A stretch of 64,000 nt of DNA, taken from an uncultured virus (IMG/VR IMGVR_UViG_3300046008_001858). Its lineage: Duplodnaviria; Heunggongvirae; Uroviricota; Caudoviricetes. Positions 8,986 through 19,997 of the stretch are shown here, piece by piece (within the stretch, counting starts at the first letter, position 1; each line of letters begins with the position of its first letter). Below the pieces are notes generated by a model. It was not told where the DNA came from. It was given only the letters and a program-made list of their open reading frames with translations, and made no database searches. A program made the translations under genes and the position numbers. The stretch lies in IMG/VR virus record IMGVR_UViG_3300046008_001858; one strand, 5' to 3'.

Positions 8986-9194
8986 TTTTAATTCCTCCTT
9001 ATTCGCCTAAAGGCTTTATTTTTTTCGTAGTTTTTAATTACATGCTTAGCGATTATCATAAACAACATTTACAGTCAATTGCCTTAAAGAGTAAGAAGTC
9101 TTCTTTTTAATCTTAATTATTAATACATGTTTTTATTTTTATAAAATATTATATCAATATTTTTTATTATTTAATAACTTAATAACTTAATAAC

Positions 9195-11009
9195 TTAATG
9201 AATTAGTTTATATCCATTTCCACTATGTATTAATTTCATAATATCAGTTTTTTCAAATTTCTTAGGTTTGTATAGTAATTCATTACCAGGCGCTATTTTA
9301 AATATAACTTTATTATGCTCTGACCAAAAGCTTTTTACAGATATAAAGCTATTTTCAATATTAATAGATAAAGAATCTAATTCTTTTTGCAATGACTTTA
9401 ATTCAAATTCTTTTTTTGTAAAAATAGCATGCAATTCTTTGACATCTCTAACTAAATATCCATTTTGTTTTAATTGATAATCTAGAGATGGAGGTAATGA
9501 AATTCTTAAAGATTCTAAATATTTAGCCTTTTCTTTTAACTCTTTTATTTTTACTCTACTATTATTAATAATTTTCAATAAACTTAATAATTTATCTTTT
9601 ATTTTTAAAAGTTCTTGTTCTGCTGAATTTATTTTGCCAACTTTTTCATTTAATTCATATTTACTAATTTTTGTAAAAGGACTGATAATTAACTGATTAT
9701 CTTCACCAATAATATGATCTATAATTATAGATTTTGAAGCCATAACATATGTATTTGATCTCAATTCTTTAATATAAATTTCCTCGCCAATAATAATTCC
9801 TCCATTAGCTATATCAATGGTTACGGATTCCCCTTTTATGTTTCCTTGCTCTAATGTTCCAATTTTAATATTTTTACCTTGTGCTCTTCCTTTTAGTCTA
9901 CCAATATTTATTAAATCAGCTTTAACCAATGAACTTTTATGAACTTGACCAGAAATTTGAGCTTGACTAGTTATGATATTTACACTTGGACCAACATTTC
10001 CAGCTAGAGATAAAGTTTCTACTTCAATTATAGTATTAAAAACTTGATCATGTGAATCACTTGTTTTTACAATATTTAAATGAATATCAGAAAAAGAATC
10101 AGATTCAATAGAACCAGTTTTTTTAAAAGAAACTTCACTAATATCTATTGTATTTTTTATCATTAGCAAACCTTTATTTAAAGATAAATATCCATTTTTT
10201 TGTGAATAAAAATCAATTTTATCTTCAAATTCTTTAACTTCAATTCCATCTTCAGTTTTAAAATTTATTTGAACTTTAGTATCAGGATCTTTTTTTTCTA
10301 TATACGTTCCTCTACAATTTAGTCCAGCTGAACCTTCTTTAGATTTTATAAATGACATAATTAATTGATCTTTTTTTATTTGAATAACAAAATTTCTTTT
10401 ACTGTGATCAATTCTTTGATCATTTTCTTCTTTTTTATAAAATATTTTAAAGTGAGAATTAATTTCTGTTAAGGGTTCAAATGATTCTGAAATTAAAAAT
10501 TTTCTATCTTCAAAATTAAATTTTTCATAAATCTGTATTTTAGCAATAATTTCAGAGAGCCATAATGATTCATTAATATCAAAAATATTTAATAATAATC
10601 CTAATTTCATTTTCTTTTTTAAAATTGCTTTTAAAATAAATTCTTTTATATTTTCAATATTTTTAATTTCTTTATTAAAAATTAAAAAAACTTTACTTAA
10701 ACTTTTATTTGCTTTAATAGAGATATCTATAAATTCTTTTTCTGACTCTTCTGTTTTTTCAAAAAAACTTACAATATAAGATTGTCTTATTGAAATTTTA
10801 TTATTTTTTATTTCATTTTCTAACTCTGTTCTATTTATAGATGTTATTTCAATTTCTTCATTATTTTTAATTAAAAATGTTTTGATATCTTTAATTTCAT
10901 AATCAATTAAATCTGAACTAATATTATTAGCTTTAGCAATATTTTTTAATTCAGAATTAAAGTTTTCAACTTCCAATGTTAACGGAAGTTTCAGTTTGTT
11001 TACAGACAT
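9195..11009 (-). CDS. Flagellar assembly protein A (FapA/DUF342-like)
   Basis: About 600 aa; RIDHSKRNFV, G..G.NCRG, VSFKKTGSI, beta-helix-like repeats and C-terminal coiled coil resemble Campylobacterota DUF342 proteins. Confidence 0.75.
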   Translation of the reverse strand: MSVNKLKLPLTLEVENFNSELKNIAKANNISSDLIDYEIKDIKTFLIKNNEEIEITSINRTELENEIKNNKISIRQSYIVSFFEKTEESEKEFIDISIKANKSLSKVFLIFNKEIKNIENIKEFILKAILKKKMKLGLLLNIFDINESLWLSEIIAKIQIYEKFNFEDRKFLISESFEPLTEINSHFKIFYKKEENDQRIDHSKRNFVIQIKKDQLIMSFIKSKEGSAGLNCRGTYIEKKDPDTKVQINFKTEDGIEVKEFEDKIDFYSQKNGYLSLNKGLLMIKNTIDISEVSFKKTGSIESDSFSDIHLNIVKTSDSHDQVFNTIIEVETLSLAGNVGPSVNIITSQAQISGQVHKSSLVKADLINIGRLKGRAQGKNIKIGTLEQGNIKGESVTIDIANGGIIIGEEIYIKELRSNTYVMASKSIIIDHIIGEDNQLIISPFTKISKYELNEKVGKINSAEQELLKIKDKLLSLLKIINNSRVKIKELKEKAKYLESLRISLPPSLDYQLKQNGYLVRDVKELHAIFTKKEFELKSLQKELDSLSINIENSFISVKSFWSEHNKVIFKIAPGNELLYKPKKFEKTDIMKLIHSGNGYKLIH

Positions 11010-11180
11010 AAATATCTCCATGATATGTAGCAATATATGCTTTCTATTAAATTAATTTTTTATTATACTATATATTTACTTAAGAAAAAATATAATTAAA
11101 TTCAGCATCTCTAAAGCACTGACTAAATTATAATCACTAAAAAAAATTTTCTAAAAGAAATTGTTCAGGAAGATCCTGAA

Positions 11181-11393
11181 CTAAATATAAACTTTATGAA
11201 CTGATTTAAAAAATGTATTTCCTATAACAACACAATTTTCTTCTTCTGATTCAATCGGAATAAAGCTTTGATAAAATTTACCTTTTTCATCTTTTGCTGA
11301 AATAGTAAAATCAGCTTTAATTCTATGTTGAAAATCAAGATGACCTTGATTAAAACTTTTTATAAATGCCGAAAGATATGGAAAAGTTTCCAT
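11181..11393 (-). CDS. Hypothetical protein
   Basis: 70-aa ORF with AGGGG RBS. Confidence 0.55.
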   Translation of the reverse strand: METFPYLSAFIKSFNQGHLDFQHRIKADFTISAKDEKGKFYQSFIPIESEEENCVVIGNTFFKSVHKVYI

Positions 11394-11531
11394 AATAAAC
11401 CCCTTTAAATAAATTTGTATATTTTTATACAGTAACTTATTGTTATATTAAGAATATATTTAAAAAACAGCTATTTACTTATTTATCAAATTAATATATA
11501 ATAACACAAAAATAAAACAAGCAGTGCTTTA

Positions 11532-13868
11532 GTGCTAGCAAAAAGGAATGATATTTTGATTACAAATTTTCTTAAATCTACAAAACTTAAACCCTACAAA
11601 AAAATCGCTTCAAATTCTATATCTACTGATATAAGTCTTCTTTCTGATTCTGAATTAAATACATTTATTAATGACAATATTAGTAATAAAGAAATTGCTT
11701 TTTCAGTAATAAGAGAAGCTGCTAAAAGAACTTTAAATATTGAACCTTACGATGTTCAAATTATGGGTGCTTTAATCATTACAGATGGAAAAATAGCAGA
11801 AATGAAAACAGGTGAGGGTAAAACATTGACTGCAGGTATGACTGCAGTATATAATGCTCTCTTAGGTAGAAAAGTATATATAGTTACAGTTAATGATTAT
11901 CTAGTAGAAAGAGATTCTCATGAAAATAAGCCATTATTTGATTTCTTTGAATTAAGTGTGGGAACAATTGTTTCGACCAATAGAGATAATGAATATAAAA
12001 AAGAACAATACGATTGTAATATTGTTTATGGAACAAATTCAGAATTTTGTTTTGACTATTTAAAAGATAATATGGTTCATGATATTAATGATAAAGTTCA
12101 ACCTGTGCAGGATTTTGTTCTTATAGACGAAATTGATTCAATTCTTATTGACGAAGCAAGAACACCACTTATTATTTCTGGTCAAAATGATTATTCTTCT
12201 TATGATTTGTATATGATAGATATTTTTTCAAAATCATTAAAAGAAGGGAAAATGGTTGTTGAAGATTACACAAAAAAATATACAGATGATTTCTATATTG
12301 ATCGACAACAACATTTAGTAATTTTATCAGAAGAAGGGATTAATAAAATAGAAAGTTTTTTCAAAATAGAACATTTATATGAAAATCATGATACAAGTGG
12401 ATTAGCACATATTATTGAACAAGCATTAGTTGCAAATCATATTTATGAAAATGGATTACAATATATTATTAAAGATTCAAGAATTGTTCTTATTGACGAA
12501 AATACAGGAAGATTAACAGAAGGTCGTCAATTATCTCATGGCTTACACCAAGCAATAGAAGCAAAAGAAAATCTTATATTATCTCCAGCAACATCTGTTT
12601 TAGCTGAAATAACATATCAAAATTATTTTAAATTATTTGAAACAATCGGTGGTATGACAGGAACAATTGAAACTGAAGCAAAAGAGATGTATGAAGTTTA
12701 TAAGTTAGATATTATTGAAGTTCCTACAAATAAACCTGTTATTAGAAAAGATAAGAAGGATATTATCTTTACAACAAAAGAAAGAAAAATTAAATATCTC
12801 ATTAATTTAGTTAAAGAAATTAATTCAAAAGGACAACCAATTCTTATTGGAACAGCTTCAGTAACAGATAATGAAATATTAGAAGAAATTTTTGAAAAAG
12901 AAAATATAAAAGTTAATGTTTTAAATGCTAAAAATGCTGAAATAGAAGGTGAGATTATTGCTAAAGCAGGACAATTTGGATCAATTACTTTAACAACAAA
13001 TATGGCGGGACGTGGAGTTGATATAAAACTTGATCAACAATCAAAAGATGTTGGTGGATTATTTGTAATTGGATTTGAAAGATATGATAATCGTCGTATT
13101 GATAATCAATTACGTGGGAGAAGTGGCCGTCAGGGAGATCCAGGTGTAACACAATTTTTTGTTTCTTTAGAAGACAGAATGATAAAAGCATTCGCAGGAA
13201 GTAAATTGCTTAATATTGTATCTAATTTAGATATAGATGATTCTGAATTTCTAGAATCAAGAATGATTTCAAAAGGAATAGAAAAAGCTCAAATAAAAAT
13301 GGAAGAATCTAATTTTGAAAGTAGAAAAGAATTAGTTAAATATGATCAAATAATTTCGATTCAAAGAAATAAAATATTTGAATTAAGAGATTCAATTCTT
13401 TCTCCTGATTATGATTTTATTTCAAAAATAAATGAATTAATTGAACATTCTGTTGATCAAGTTTTTTCAAATGGAGAAGAAGACAAAGAAACAGCATATA
13501 ATAATTTATTGTCATTATTTAACATTATGGTTAATGATTATTTATATTTAAGAAAACAAGATTTAGTTCATATGTTTGAAAATAAAATAGCTTCAAAATT
13601 TGGAATAATGCCTCCAGAAGACATGTTTAGTTTTATGAGAAGTATTTATTTGGATGCTATTGATTCAAGTTGGATTGAAAATTTAACAAATCTTGAAGAG
13701 TTAAGAAAAGGTGTAGGTCTTAGACAAATAAACCAAAAAGATCCTTTAATTGAATTTAATAAGGAAGCTTATTCAATGTTTGCTACAATGTTAAATGTAA
13801 ATCAATTAAAAATCATGAAAACATTATTGCATGTTCAAATTGAAATAATAAAAGAAGAGACCAATTAG
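11532..13868 (+). CDS. secA: Preprotein translocase subunit SecA
   Basis: AEMKTGEGKT, VTVNDYL, DEIDSILIDEARTPLIISG, TNMAGRGVDI and RRIDNQLRGRSGRQGDPG motifs. Confidence 0.98.
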   Translation: MLAKRNDILITNFLKSTKLKPYKKIASNSISTDISLLSDSELNTFINDNISNKEIAFSVIREAAKRTLNIEPYDVQIMGALIITDGKIAEMKTGEGKTLTAGMTAVYNALLGRKVYIVTVNDYLVERDSHENKPLFDFFELSVGTIVSTNRDNEYKKEQYDCNIVYGTNSEFCFDYLKDNMVHDINDKVQPVQDFVLIDEIDSILIDEARTPLIISGQNDYSSYDLYMIDIFSKSLKEGKMVVEDYTKKYTDDFYIDRQQHLVILSEEGINKIESFFKIEHLYENHDTSGLAHIIEQALVANHIYENGLQYIIKDSRIVLIDENTGRLTEGRQLSHGLHQAIEAKENLILSPATSVLAEITYQNYFKLFETIGGMTGTIETEAKEMYEVYKLDIIEVPTNKPVIRKDKKDIIFTTKERKIKYLINLVKEINSKGQPILIGTASVTDNEILEEIFEKENIKVNVLNAKNAEIEGEIIAKAGQFGSITLTTNMAGRGVDIKLDQQSKDVGGLFVIGFERYDNRRIDNQLRGRSGRQGDPGVTQFFVSLEDRMIKAFAGSKLLNIVSNLDIDDSEFLESRMISKGIEKAQIKMEESNFESRKELVKYDQIISIQRNKIFELRDSILSPDYDFISKINELIEHSVDQVFSNGEEDKETAYNNLLSLFNIMVNDYLYLRKQDLVHMFENKIASKFGIMPPEDMFSFMRSIYLDAIDSSWIENLTNLEELRKGVGLRQINQKDPLIEFNKEAYSMFATMLNVNQLKIMKTLLHVQIEIIKEETN

Positions 13869-13894
13869 GTCCGAATAAAAAGAGGGGTATAAAA

Positions 13895-14086
13895 ATGGCA
13901 CCATTACAAATGATTCACAATATAATGAAAAAAAAGAAAGCTAGTAAAGAAAGTATTCCAACAGGAATTTTTATTAATGAAAATTTTAAACCTTGCTTAA
14001 CTTTTTCATTAACAACTGATATTAAAGTTTTTGATAATTATGAAGATCTTGAAACTTATTTAATTGATATTTTGTCAAAATTATAA
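13895..14086 (+). CDS. Hypothetical protein
   Basis: 63-aa ORF with GAGGGG RBS. Confidence 0.5.
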   Translation: MAPLQMIHNIMKKKKASKESIPTGIFINENFKPCLTFSLTTDIKVFDNYEDLETYLIDILSKL

Positions 14087-14130
14087 TTTCTAAGATATAA
14101 TAATTTATATAAAGTTTGAGGCTATCTAAA

Positions 14131-14877
14131 ATGAAAAAACAATTAATACTATTAAGTTTCGTATCGTCAATGTTACTAGCAGATACATTTACTAACCCAT
14201 TACCAGCTTCTGTTAAAGCAACAGATAATGGAGGAGTAAAACAAGCTATCGATGCATACAAAGATGGTATAGGGGCGGAATTAGTTGAAAAACCAGGAGT
14301 AGCAGTTGATAATTCAGCAATGAATATATTAACAATAAAATATGGTGAAGCAGCTAAAGTAAATAATGTAACTGTAGTAAATCAAGTAGTATATGGGAAT
14401 TCAAATCCAACTTCAGCAGATTTAGCCTTAGCTGGAAGATTGACGGTAGATGGGGCAGCATGTAATGATAGTAATATAAATACAACAGGAGAGACATGGT
14501 TAAACGGAGTTTGCCAAGGTGGTACTATGGTTAATGGAATAGCTTGTAACGATGGAAATGCTCAAACAACAAATGATACTTATAATAATGGAGTATGTTT
14601 AGGAACAAATTTATATGATAATTGTGAGGGAGGATTATTAACATATACAAATGCAGCAAATTACTGTGCTAGTAAAGGAATGAGAATTCCTACAAAAGCA
14701 GAAAGTATTGCTGGTGGAGGAAATATTCCATCTTGTAATACAGGAGCAACATATGTAAGTTTAACTTCTAATTGGACGTCAACTTTATATAATGCAAGTA
14801 ATTATTATGTTTGGATTGATTCAAATATTGGTCCTTGTGGTGTAACAGGAACAAGATATGTTCGTTGTGTTAAATAA
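14131..14877 (+). CDS. Secreted Cys-repeat protein with C-terminal lectin-like module
   Basis: Signal peptide, CND.N..T.D..NGVC repeats, C-terminal A..YC...GMRIPT..W..VRCVK; N-terminus shared with the 31318 ORF. Confidence 0.7.
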   Translation: MKKQLILLSFVSSMLLADTFTNPLPASVKATDNGGVKQAIDAYKDGIGAELVEKPGVAVDNSAMNILTIKYGEAAKVNNVTVVNQVVYGNSNPTSADLALAGRLTVDGAACNDSNINTTGETWLNGVCQGGTMVNGIACNDGNAQTTNDTYNNGVCLGTNLYDNCEGGLLTYTNAANYCASKGMRIPTKAESIAGGGNIPSCNTGATYVSLTSNWTSTLYNASNYYVWIDSNIGPCGVTGTRYVRCVK

Positions 14878-14892
14878 AATTAAAATAGCTTC

Positions 14893-15483
14893 TTAAGTTA
14901 TTTTAGGTAAAGATATATTATTTAATTTGATATAAATTCTAATACAGAAAAAAATAATAAAAATAGGAATAATTATTATATTGCTAGTTCCTAAACTATA
15001 TATTAAAATTCCTATAATAATTGCTAAAGTTCCATAAATATCTTCATTTAATAATGAAGGTTTTTTATGTAAAAGAATATCTTTTACAACACCTCCTCCA
15101 GTAGCTGTAATCAATGATAAAAATATATACCCACTGACTCCTAAATTATATTTATGAGCTATCAATGCACCTGCAATTGAAAATGAAATTAATCCTAATG
15201 TATCAGCAATTAAGTAAATTGTTTTATCCTCAATATTTTTTTCATGAATTTTAAATAAATATCCAAAAATTATTGTAATTATTACTAATATAATTGGGTA
15301 TGTAGCGGAAAAAACAAAAGGAATGTTATTTGTTGATATATCTCTTATTATACCACCTGCAAATGCTGTTACAAAAGCAAGAATGAATACACCTAAGATA
15401 TCAGTGTTATTTTTTACTCCTGATATATATCCGCTTAAAGCGAAAGCTATTATTCCAATGATATCAAATGCGTGTAATAACAA
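14893..15483 (-). CDS. TRIC/UPF0126 (YadS-like) membrane protein
   Basis: Duplicated FALSG..D..G...TAFAGGIIRD and TATGGGVVKD motifs. Confidence 0.88.
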   Translation of the reverse strand: MLLHAFDIIGIIAFALSGYISGVKNNTDILGVFILAFVTAFAGGIIRDISTNNIPFVFSATYPIILVIITIIFGYLFKIHEKNIEDKTIYLIADTLGLISFSIAGALIAHKYNLGVSGYIFLSLITATGGGVVKDILLHKKPSLLNEDIYGTLAIIIGILIYSLGTSNIIIIPIFIIFFCIRIYIKLNNISLPKIT

Positions 15484-15544
15484 TTTTACATCCTTTACGT
15501 GATTATTTTAAAGTTTACTCCCAAAGGTTGTGAGCACGTTAAAA

Positions 15545-15688
15545 TTAACGTGCTTGAGCAAATGCAGTTCCAAGATCAGTAGCCAAATTTCCAGCAGGAG
15601 CTTTTGTTACAAGACCACCTGTAAGAATAAGAGCCAACACAAGAAGTGAAGCTCCAACTAAAATTATATCAAATAATGACTTAGTCAT
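15545..15688 (-). CDS. Small membrane protein (47 aa)
   Basis: MTKSLFDIILVGASLLVLALILTGG..; AAGGGG RBS. Confidence 0.5.
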   Translation of the reverse strand: MTKSLFDIILVGASLLVLALILTGGLVTKAPAGNLATDLGTAFAQAR

Positions 15689-15829
15689 GATAGCCCCTTA
15701 ATTAAAAAATATGATAAGTAATATAAACATATTTACAAAAAATAACTTATTTTAAGTTAATTTAAAATACAATAATATTTATATAACAAATTCAACCAAT
15801 TTAATTGGAATTTTTCACAGGAGCTTACA

Positions 15830-16465
15830 GTGGTTTACGAAAAAACACTTTTAATGACAGCCAATGAAGGGAAAATCAATGAGTTTAAAGAACTTATGGA
15901 TGGATTAGTTGGTTTTGATCGATTTAAATCTCCAAATGAGGTTAAATCTCAAGATCCTATTGAGGTAATCAAACATAAAACAAAAGATATGTTTGATATG
16001 AATAAAAAAGGTGTCTTACAATATTATAATTTTGTTGGAAATAACACAATCATAATGGTTGAAGATACATCTTTAATGATTGAAGGATTTAGTGTTGGAA
16101 CTGACATTAAATATGTTGTCGATCATATGGAGGATTATGCAGGTTGTAAAGCTGAATGGAATGTTTATCTTGGTGTTACAAATGGAAATTCATTAGAAAT
16201 TTACATGGGTAGTATTATTGGCAATCTTACAAAACAAGGTTATGGATCTTCTAAATTTGGATTCGATAAACATTTTATTCCACATGATCTTGAACAAGAT
16301 TTTAACGAAGATTATCTGACATTAAGTCAACTTCAAGATATTGGTAAAAAACATTTATTTTCTGCTAGAGCTAGAGCAATTCATAATTTCAATAAAGGTA
16401 ATTTTATTCAAAAAATTTCTTTATCAGAAGTTCCTGAATGGACTGGCCAATATCAAGAAGAATAA
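15830..16465 (+). CDS. HAM1/RdgB-like non-canonical purine NTP pyrophosphatase
   Basis: T.NEGKINE, VEDTSL, FGFDKHF and SAR motifs. Confidence 0.85.
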   Translation: MVYEKTLLMTANEGKINEFKELMDGLVGFDRFKSPNEVKSQDPIEVIKHKTKDMFDMNKKGVLQYYNFVGNNTIIMVEDTSLMIEGFSVGTDIKYVVDHMEDYAGCKAEWNVYLGVTNGNSLEIYMGSIIGNLTKQGYGSSKFGFDKHFIPHDLEQDFNEDYLTLSQLQDIGKKHLFSARARAIHNFNKGNFIQKISLSEVPEWTGQYQEE

Positions 16466-16485
16466 AACTCAAGAAAGGATTTATA

Positions 16486-16695
16486 ATGGATATGGAACAA
16501 GAACTTATAAAAAAACAAATTGTAGATGATTGTCAAGAAAGCTTAGATCATTTTAAAAGCAATCCAGGTAGTTACACAAATTGTACAACTGAGGCTGATA
16601 TTATTAGTCATTATGAACATATTGCTAATAGAGTTGAAGAAGCTAGTTGGATGGGCATTGAATTACAAAAAAAATTGTATCATAGTCTTTCTTAA
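16486..16695 (+). CDS. Hypothetical protein
   Basis: ORF after AAGGA RBS. Confidence 0.55.
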   Translation: MDMEQELIKKQIVDDCQESLDHFKSNPGSYTNCTTEADIISHYEHIANRVEEASWMGIELQKKLYHSLS

Positions 16696-16807
16696 TTGAT
16701 TAAAACAAAAAGATCATTTTAGATTTTTTTGTTTAAACTTTTAGTTTTTTAAGTATTTTTTAATACAATATTTTATATAATATAGAATATTAACAAAGGA
16801 TATAGTT

Positions 16808-16879
16808 ATGCGTATTACTAAACTCAATCGTAAACGTCAATCTCACTTTAAATCAACTACTCATATGTCATCTAAATGA
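16808..16879 (+). CDS. Small basic peptide MRITKLNRKRQSHFKSTTHMSSK
   Basis: AAGGA RBS and TATAAT promoter upstream. Confidence 0.4.
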   Translation: MRITKLNRKRQSHFKSTTHMSSK

Positions 16880-16921
16880 TTTACAAAATTAGCATATAAA
16901 ACTTAAATTAAAGGAATTAAA

Positions 16922-17428
16922 ATGGAAACAAAAATTGTAAATATGGATGAAAATTTAATGAATTGTAACGCTTTAAAAGGTGTTATTGAACAACGAACAA
17001 TGAATGCTGACGATTGGGTTGAAAAACATGGTAGCGGCACTCTTCGTAAAAATAAAAAACTTGGAATGACTTGGCGTGCACAATATCTTGAAGAACGAAC
17101 TGCTTATCAATTTGGATGGGAATTTCAAATTCAACCACGTAGTCGTATTATGTTTGGAGATGCTTTTACTGAAGGTGATTCACATTCAGTAACGGAAGCT
17201 GGATGGCATATTGAACGATATATGACATTGAAATTATTTCCTGAAGATCACTTTGAATGTAAATATATTAATGTAGAATACGGCCATGGTGAAAAAAAAG
17301 AAGGAATTGGAATTATTATTCGAGAAACAAGTGTCCAATGGATTCCTTCTGGACATATTGTTTTTGCTATTGTTGCAGAATTTGATTCTGTTGTTGGAGA
17401 ATGGAAAGATGCTACAAATCCATTTTAA
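16922..17428 (+). CDS. Hypothetical protein
   Basis: 168-aa ORF with strong RBS. Confidence 0.75.
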   Translation: METKIVNMDENLMNCNALKGVIEQRTMNADDWVEKHGSGTLRKNKKLGMTWRAQYLEERTAYQFGWEFQIQPRSRIMFGDAFTEGDSHSVTEAGWHIERYMTLKLFPEDHFECKYINVEYGHGEKKEGIGIIIRETSVQWIPSGHIVFAIVAEFDSVVGEWKDATNPF

Positions 17429-17450
17429 AAATTAAAAGGAGATAAAAACT

Positions 17451-17615
17451 ATGCAAGAGTTAGAAGTAAATATTGAAAATGAAGAAAAAAATACAAATAA
17501 AACAACTGAAGATAAAGTAGAACATTTTCCACATAATATTTCATCTGCGACTGAATATATTTATTCAGAAGAATTAAAAGAATTGCGAGAAGAAGCATGG
17601 ATTCACAAGGAATAA
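17451..17615 (+). CDS. Small acidic protein (54 aa)
   Basis: AGGAG RBS, MQELEVNIENEE.. Confidence 0.5.
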   Translation: MQELEVNIENEEKNTNKTTEDKVEHFPHNISSATEYIYSEELKELREEAWIHKE

Positions 17616-18118
17616 ACATATTCGTTATTGGACAATCAGGAACAGGAAAATCTCCTATTGCTAATAGAATTTCAGAAGCAAAAGAATTACAATTAATTAA
17701 AGCTTCTGAATACTTCAGAGAATCATTTAAAGGCTACTCAGAGGATCGAAATGAGTTTATTAGACTCATTAGTCAATTCAGTGCTGAAAAGCTTTCTGAG
17801 GACCCGTATGTTAATATTAATTATATTAAAGAGAAAATATATAATAAACCTTTCGTTATTGAAGGTATTAGAAATCCAATAGATTTTACAAATTTATTTA
17901 AATTTGGAAAAGATAAAGTAATTTTCTTAAACTATATTGATAATAAATTATCAAAAAGTAATTTTGAATCTGGATTAGATATTATCTTATCAATAATTAA
18001 TTGGTCAAAAAATATAGGTATTATGTCAAATGAAGATTTTATTCAAATTGATTTTAATACATTTTTTGGAAAAGATTCTTTAGAAGAAAAAATAAATTCA
18101 TTAATCGGGAGTCTTTAA
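17597..18118 (+). CDS. P-loop nucleotide kinase-like protein
   Basis: GQSGTGKS Walker A and VIEGIRN motif. Confidence 0.75.
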   Translation: MDSQGINIFVIGQSGTGKSPIANRISEAKELQLIKASEYFRESFKGYSEDRNEFIRLISQFSAEKLSEDPYVNINYIKEKIYNKPFVIEGIRNPIDFTNLFKFGKDKVIFLNYIDNKLSKSNFESGLDIILSIINWSKNIGIMSNEDFIQIDFNTFFGKDSLEEKINSLIGSL

Positions 18119-18301
18119 ATGATAACAAAAAAAATAGTTGTTAATATATTTTTATTTTTGCTTGTAGCATTTGTAATAATGGAAATTATTAAATTTTTAG
18201 CAATATTAATTTTTCCACTATTATTTTTAATAAAAATTATATTTTGGCTTGTTGTAATATATATTATAGGATATATTTTATTTAAAAAATTTAACAAATA
18301 A
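18119..18301 (+). CDS. Small membrane protein
   Basis: Hydrophobic 60-aa operonic ORF. Confidence 0.5.
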   Translation: MITKKIVVNIFLFLLVAFVIMEIIKFLAILIFPLLFLIKIIFWLVVIYIIGYILFKKFNK

Positions 18302-18344
18302 AGTTAAATAAAGTGCTCAAAAAAGCAAATTAAGGAAATTATAA

Positions 18345-18848
18345 ATGGTTCACGTTAATATTAATCCCATTAAAGCATTTGTTCATGAATCAGTACTTTA
18401 CGATGAAGATCTTTCAAAAAAAGATCTAATTGAGTGTACTGTATTTTCCGTATCATCTTATAAAGATGAAAGTATTACTTTTGGAATTGTATTAAAAGAT
18501 GGAAGTGTGTTTTTTTATATTCCACCGCATAAATTAACAGTATTAAGGACTCAACCTAAATATGAATTGAAGGACCTTGTTTATCACAACTGTGTGGATG
18601 ACGAATTTGTAATAACTTGTCATGATTTTTTAAAAAAAGAAGTTTTTGTATACTTAAAAAATGAAGATGAATGGGTTTCTGGAAAATATCAATTTACAAT
18701 TGATTGGTATAAAGATAATGGACTATTACATTTAATTATTCTAGATTCAGGGCAATTTTGTTTAATGCCATCTCATAAGGTTAAATTCAATGGCGGTGAA
18801 AAAAAATTTGTTTTTTATAAAAAAATGCATAGTATTTGGAAAATTTGA
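18345..18848 (+). CDS. Hypothetical protein
   Basis: 167-aa ORF with RBS. Confidence 0.7.
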   Translation: MVHVNINPIKAFVHESVLYDEDLSKKDLIECTVFSVSSYKDESITFGIVLKDGSVFFYIPPHKLTVLRTQPKYELKDLVYHNCVDDEFVITCHDFLKKEVFVYLKNEDEWVSGKYQFTIDWYKDNGLLHLIILDSGQFCLMPSHKVKFNGGEKKFVFYKKMHSIWKI

Positions 18849-18881
18849 TTCTATAAGAATGCAAGAACCTCTTAGAGGTTC

Positions 18882-19493
18882 TTAATTAGATTTAAAGCAT
18901 CGAATTGTAAACCAAACTTCTTGGCCAGAGACACTACAAAGTCCATTTAATTCACGCATAGATTGATTATAAAAATATGCGTCGAATTTCACATCTACAT
19001 GTGAAAATCTATTCATATTTTCATCTGATTCCATAATTTCCTTTATAACTTTATTAATTTCTGTTAATGAACATGATTCAATAACTTTTACTTGATCTTT
19101 GAACGCTTCTGTAATTGAATTTATAATTGTTGCTTGCTGAAATGAAATAACAAAAATAAATCTATCATCTAGACATTCATTTTCTTCTGGTTGAAAAGAT
19201 AATATCTTTTTAATTTCAATATTTTCAATTGAAATACGTTGATTGATTGGTGTATTAAAAGCATTTTCAGTTTGAAAATAAACTGTTTTTTCATTAAGTC
19301 TGAAAAAAGTATCTCTTCGCCCTTGGAATTTTTGTAATTCCGATATCTCGATGCTATTTCCAGTTTCTTTATTTTGAAAAAAAACTTCACTACTATCAGA
19401 TCTAACTGAAAAATTAGAAAGAAATACTTGAATTTCTTCTGGATACTGAATTGTGGCTTCCATTTTAAATGGTACCATATTAACCTGTTGCAT
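18882..19493 (-). CDS. Hypothetical protein
   Basis: 203-aa ORF with AAGGA RBS. Confidence 0.7.
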   Translation of the reverse strand: MQQVNMVPFKMEATIQYPEEIQVFLSNFSVRSDSSEVFFQNKETGNSIEISELQKFQGRRDTFFRLNEKTVYFQTENAFNTPINQRISIENIEIKKILSFQPEENECLDDRFIFVISFQQATIINSITEAFKDQVKVIESCSLTEINKVIKEIMESDENMNRFSHVDVKFDAYFYNQSMRELNGLCSVSGQEVWFTIRCFKSN

Positions 19494-19783
19494 ATTGAAT
19501 CCTTCGTTTCAAAAGTTATGCCAAAGACACACTATTAAGTTATAGTAATGATAAATATTTTTATAGAAAGATTAAAGAAAATCTAAAGTATTCTGTGATA
19601 GAATATTTTCATATAGTTTTAAAAAGGAGTTATTATGGTTGTAATATTAAAATTAATAAAAAAGAAATTTAAACGTTGGAATATTTCTGATAAAAAAGAT
19701 AAAGAACTTTCAAAAGAAAATAAAAAAGAATTAAAAGAACAATTTAGATCAGAATTGTTTTTTGGTTAATAAAAGGATTTTTT

Positions 19784-19987
19784 ATGATTAAAGCAAATAG
19801 AGATAATTGTTTTACGATTTTACTTTTAAACAAAACATGTGAAGAAGATGAAGAAGAAAAATGGACTTTTTCTTATAATTATTACAATTTTAATTGTATT
19901 GAAAATGGTGAGCAAATAATTATAAATGTATTTAATAATTTTAATAAACTTGTAAAAACTTTTAGCAATGTTATTTTACAAGCTTAA
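19784..19987 (+). CDS. Hypothetical protein
   Basis: 67-aa ORF with AAGGA RBS. Confidence 0.5.
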   Translation: MIKANRDNCFTILLLNKTCEEDEEEKWTFSYNYYNFNCIENGEQIIINVFNNFNKLVKTFSNVILQA

Positions 19988-19997
19988 CTACTCATAT

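Noticed and set aside
14131..14877. Diversity-generating retroelement target (lectin-like C-terminus)
   Set aside because: No reverse transcriptase and no template repeat differing at adenines was seen in the window.
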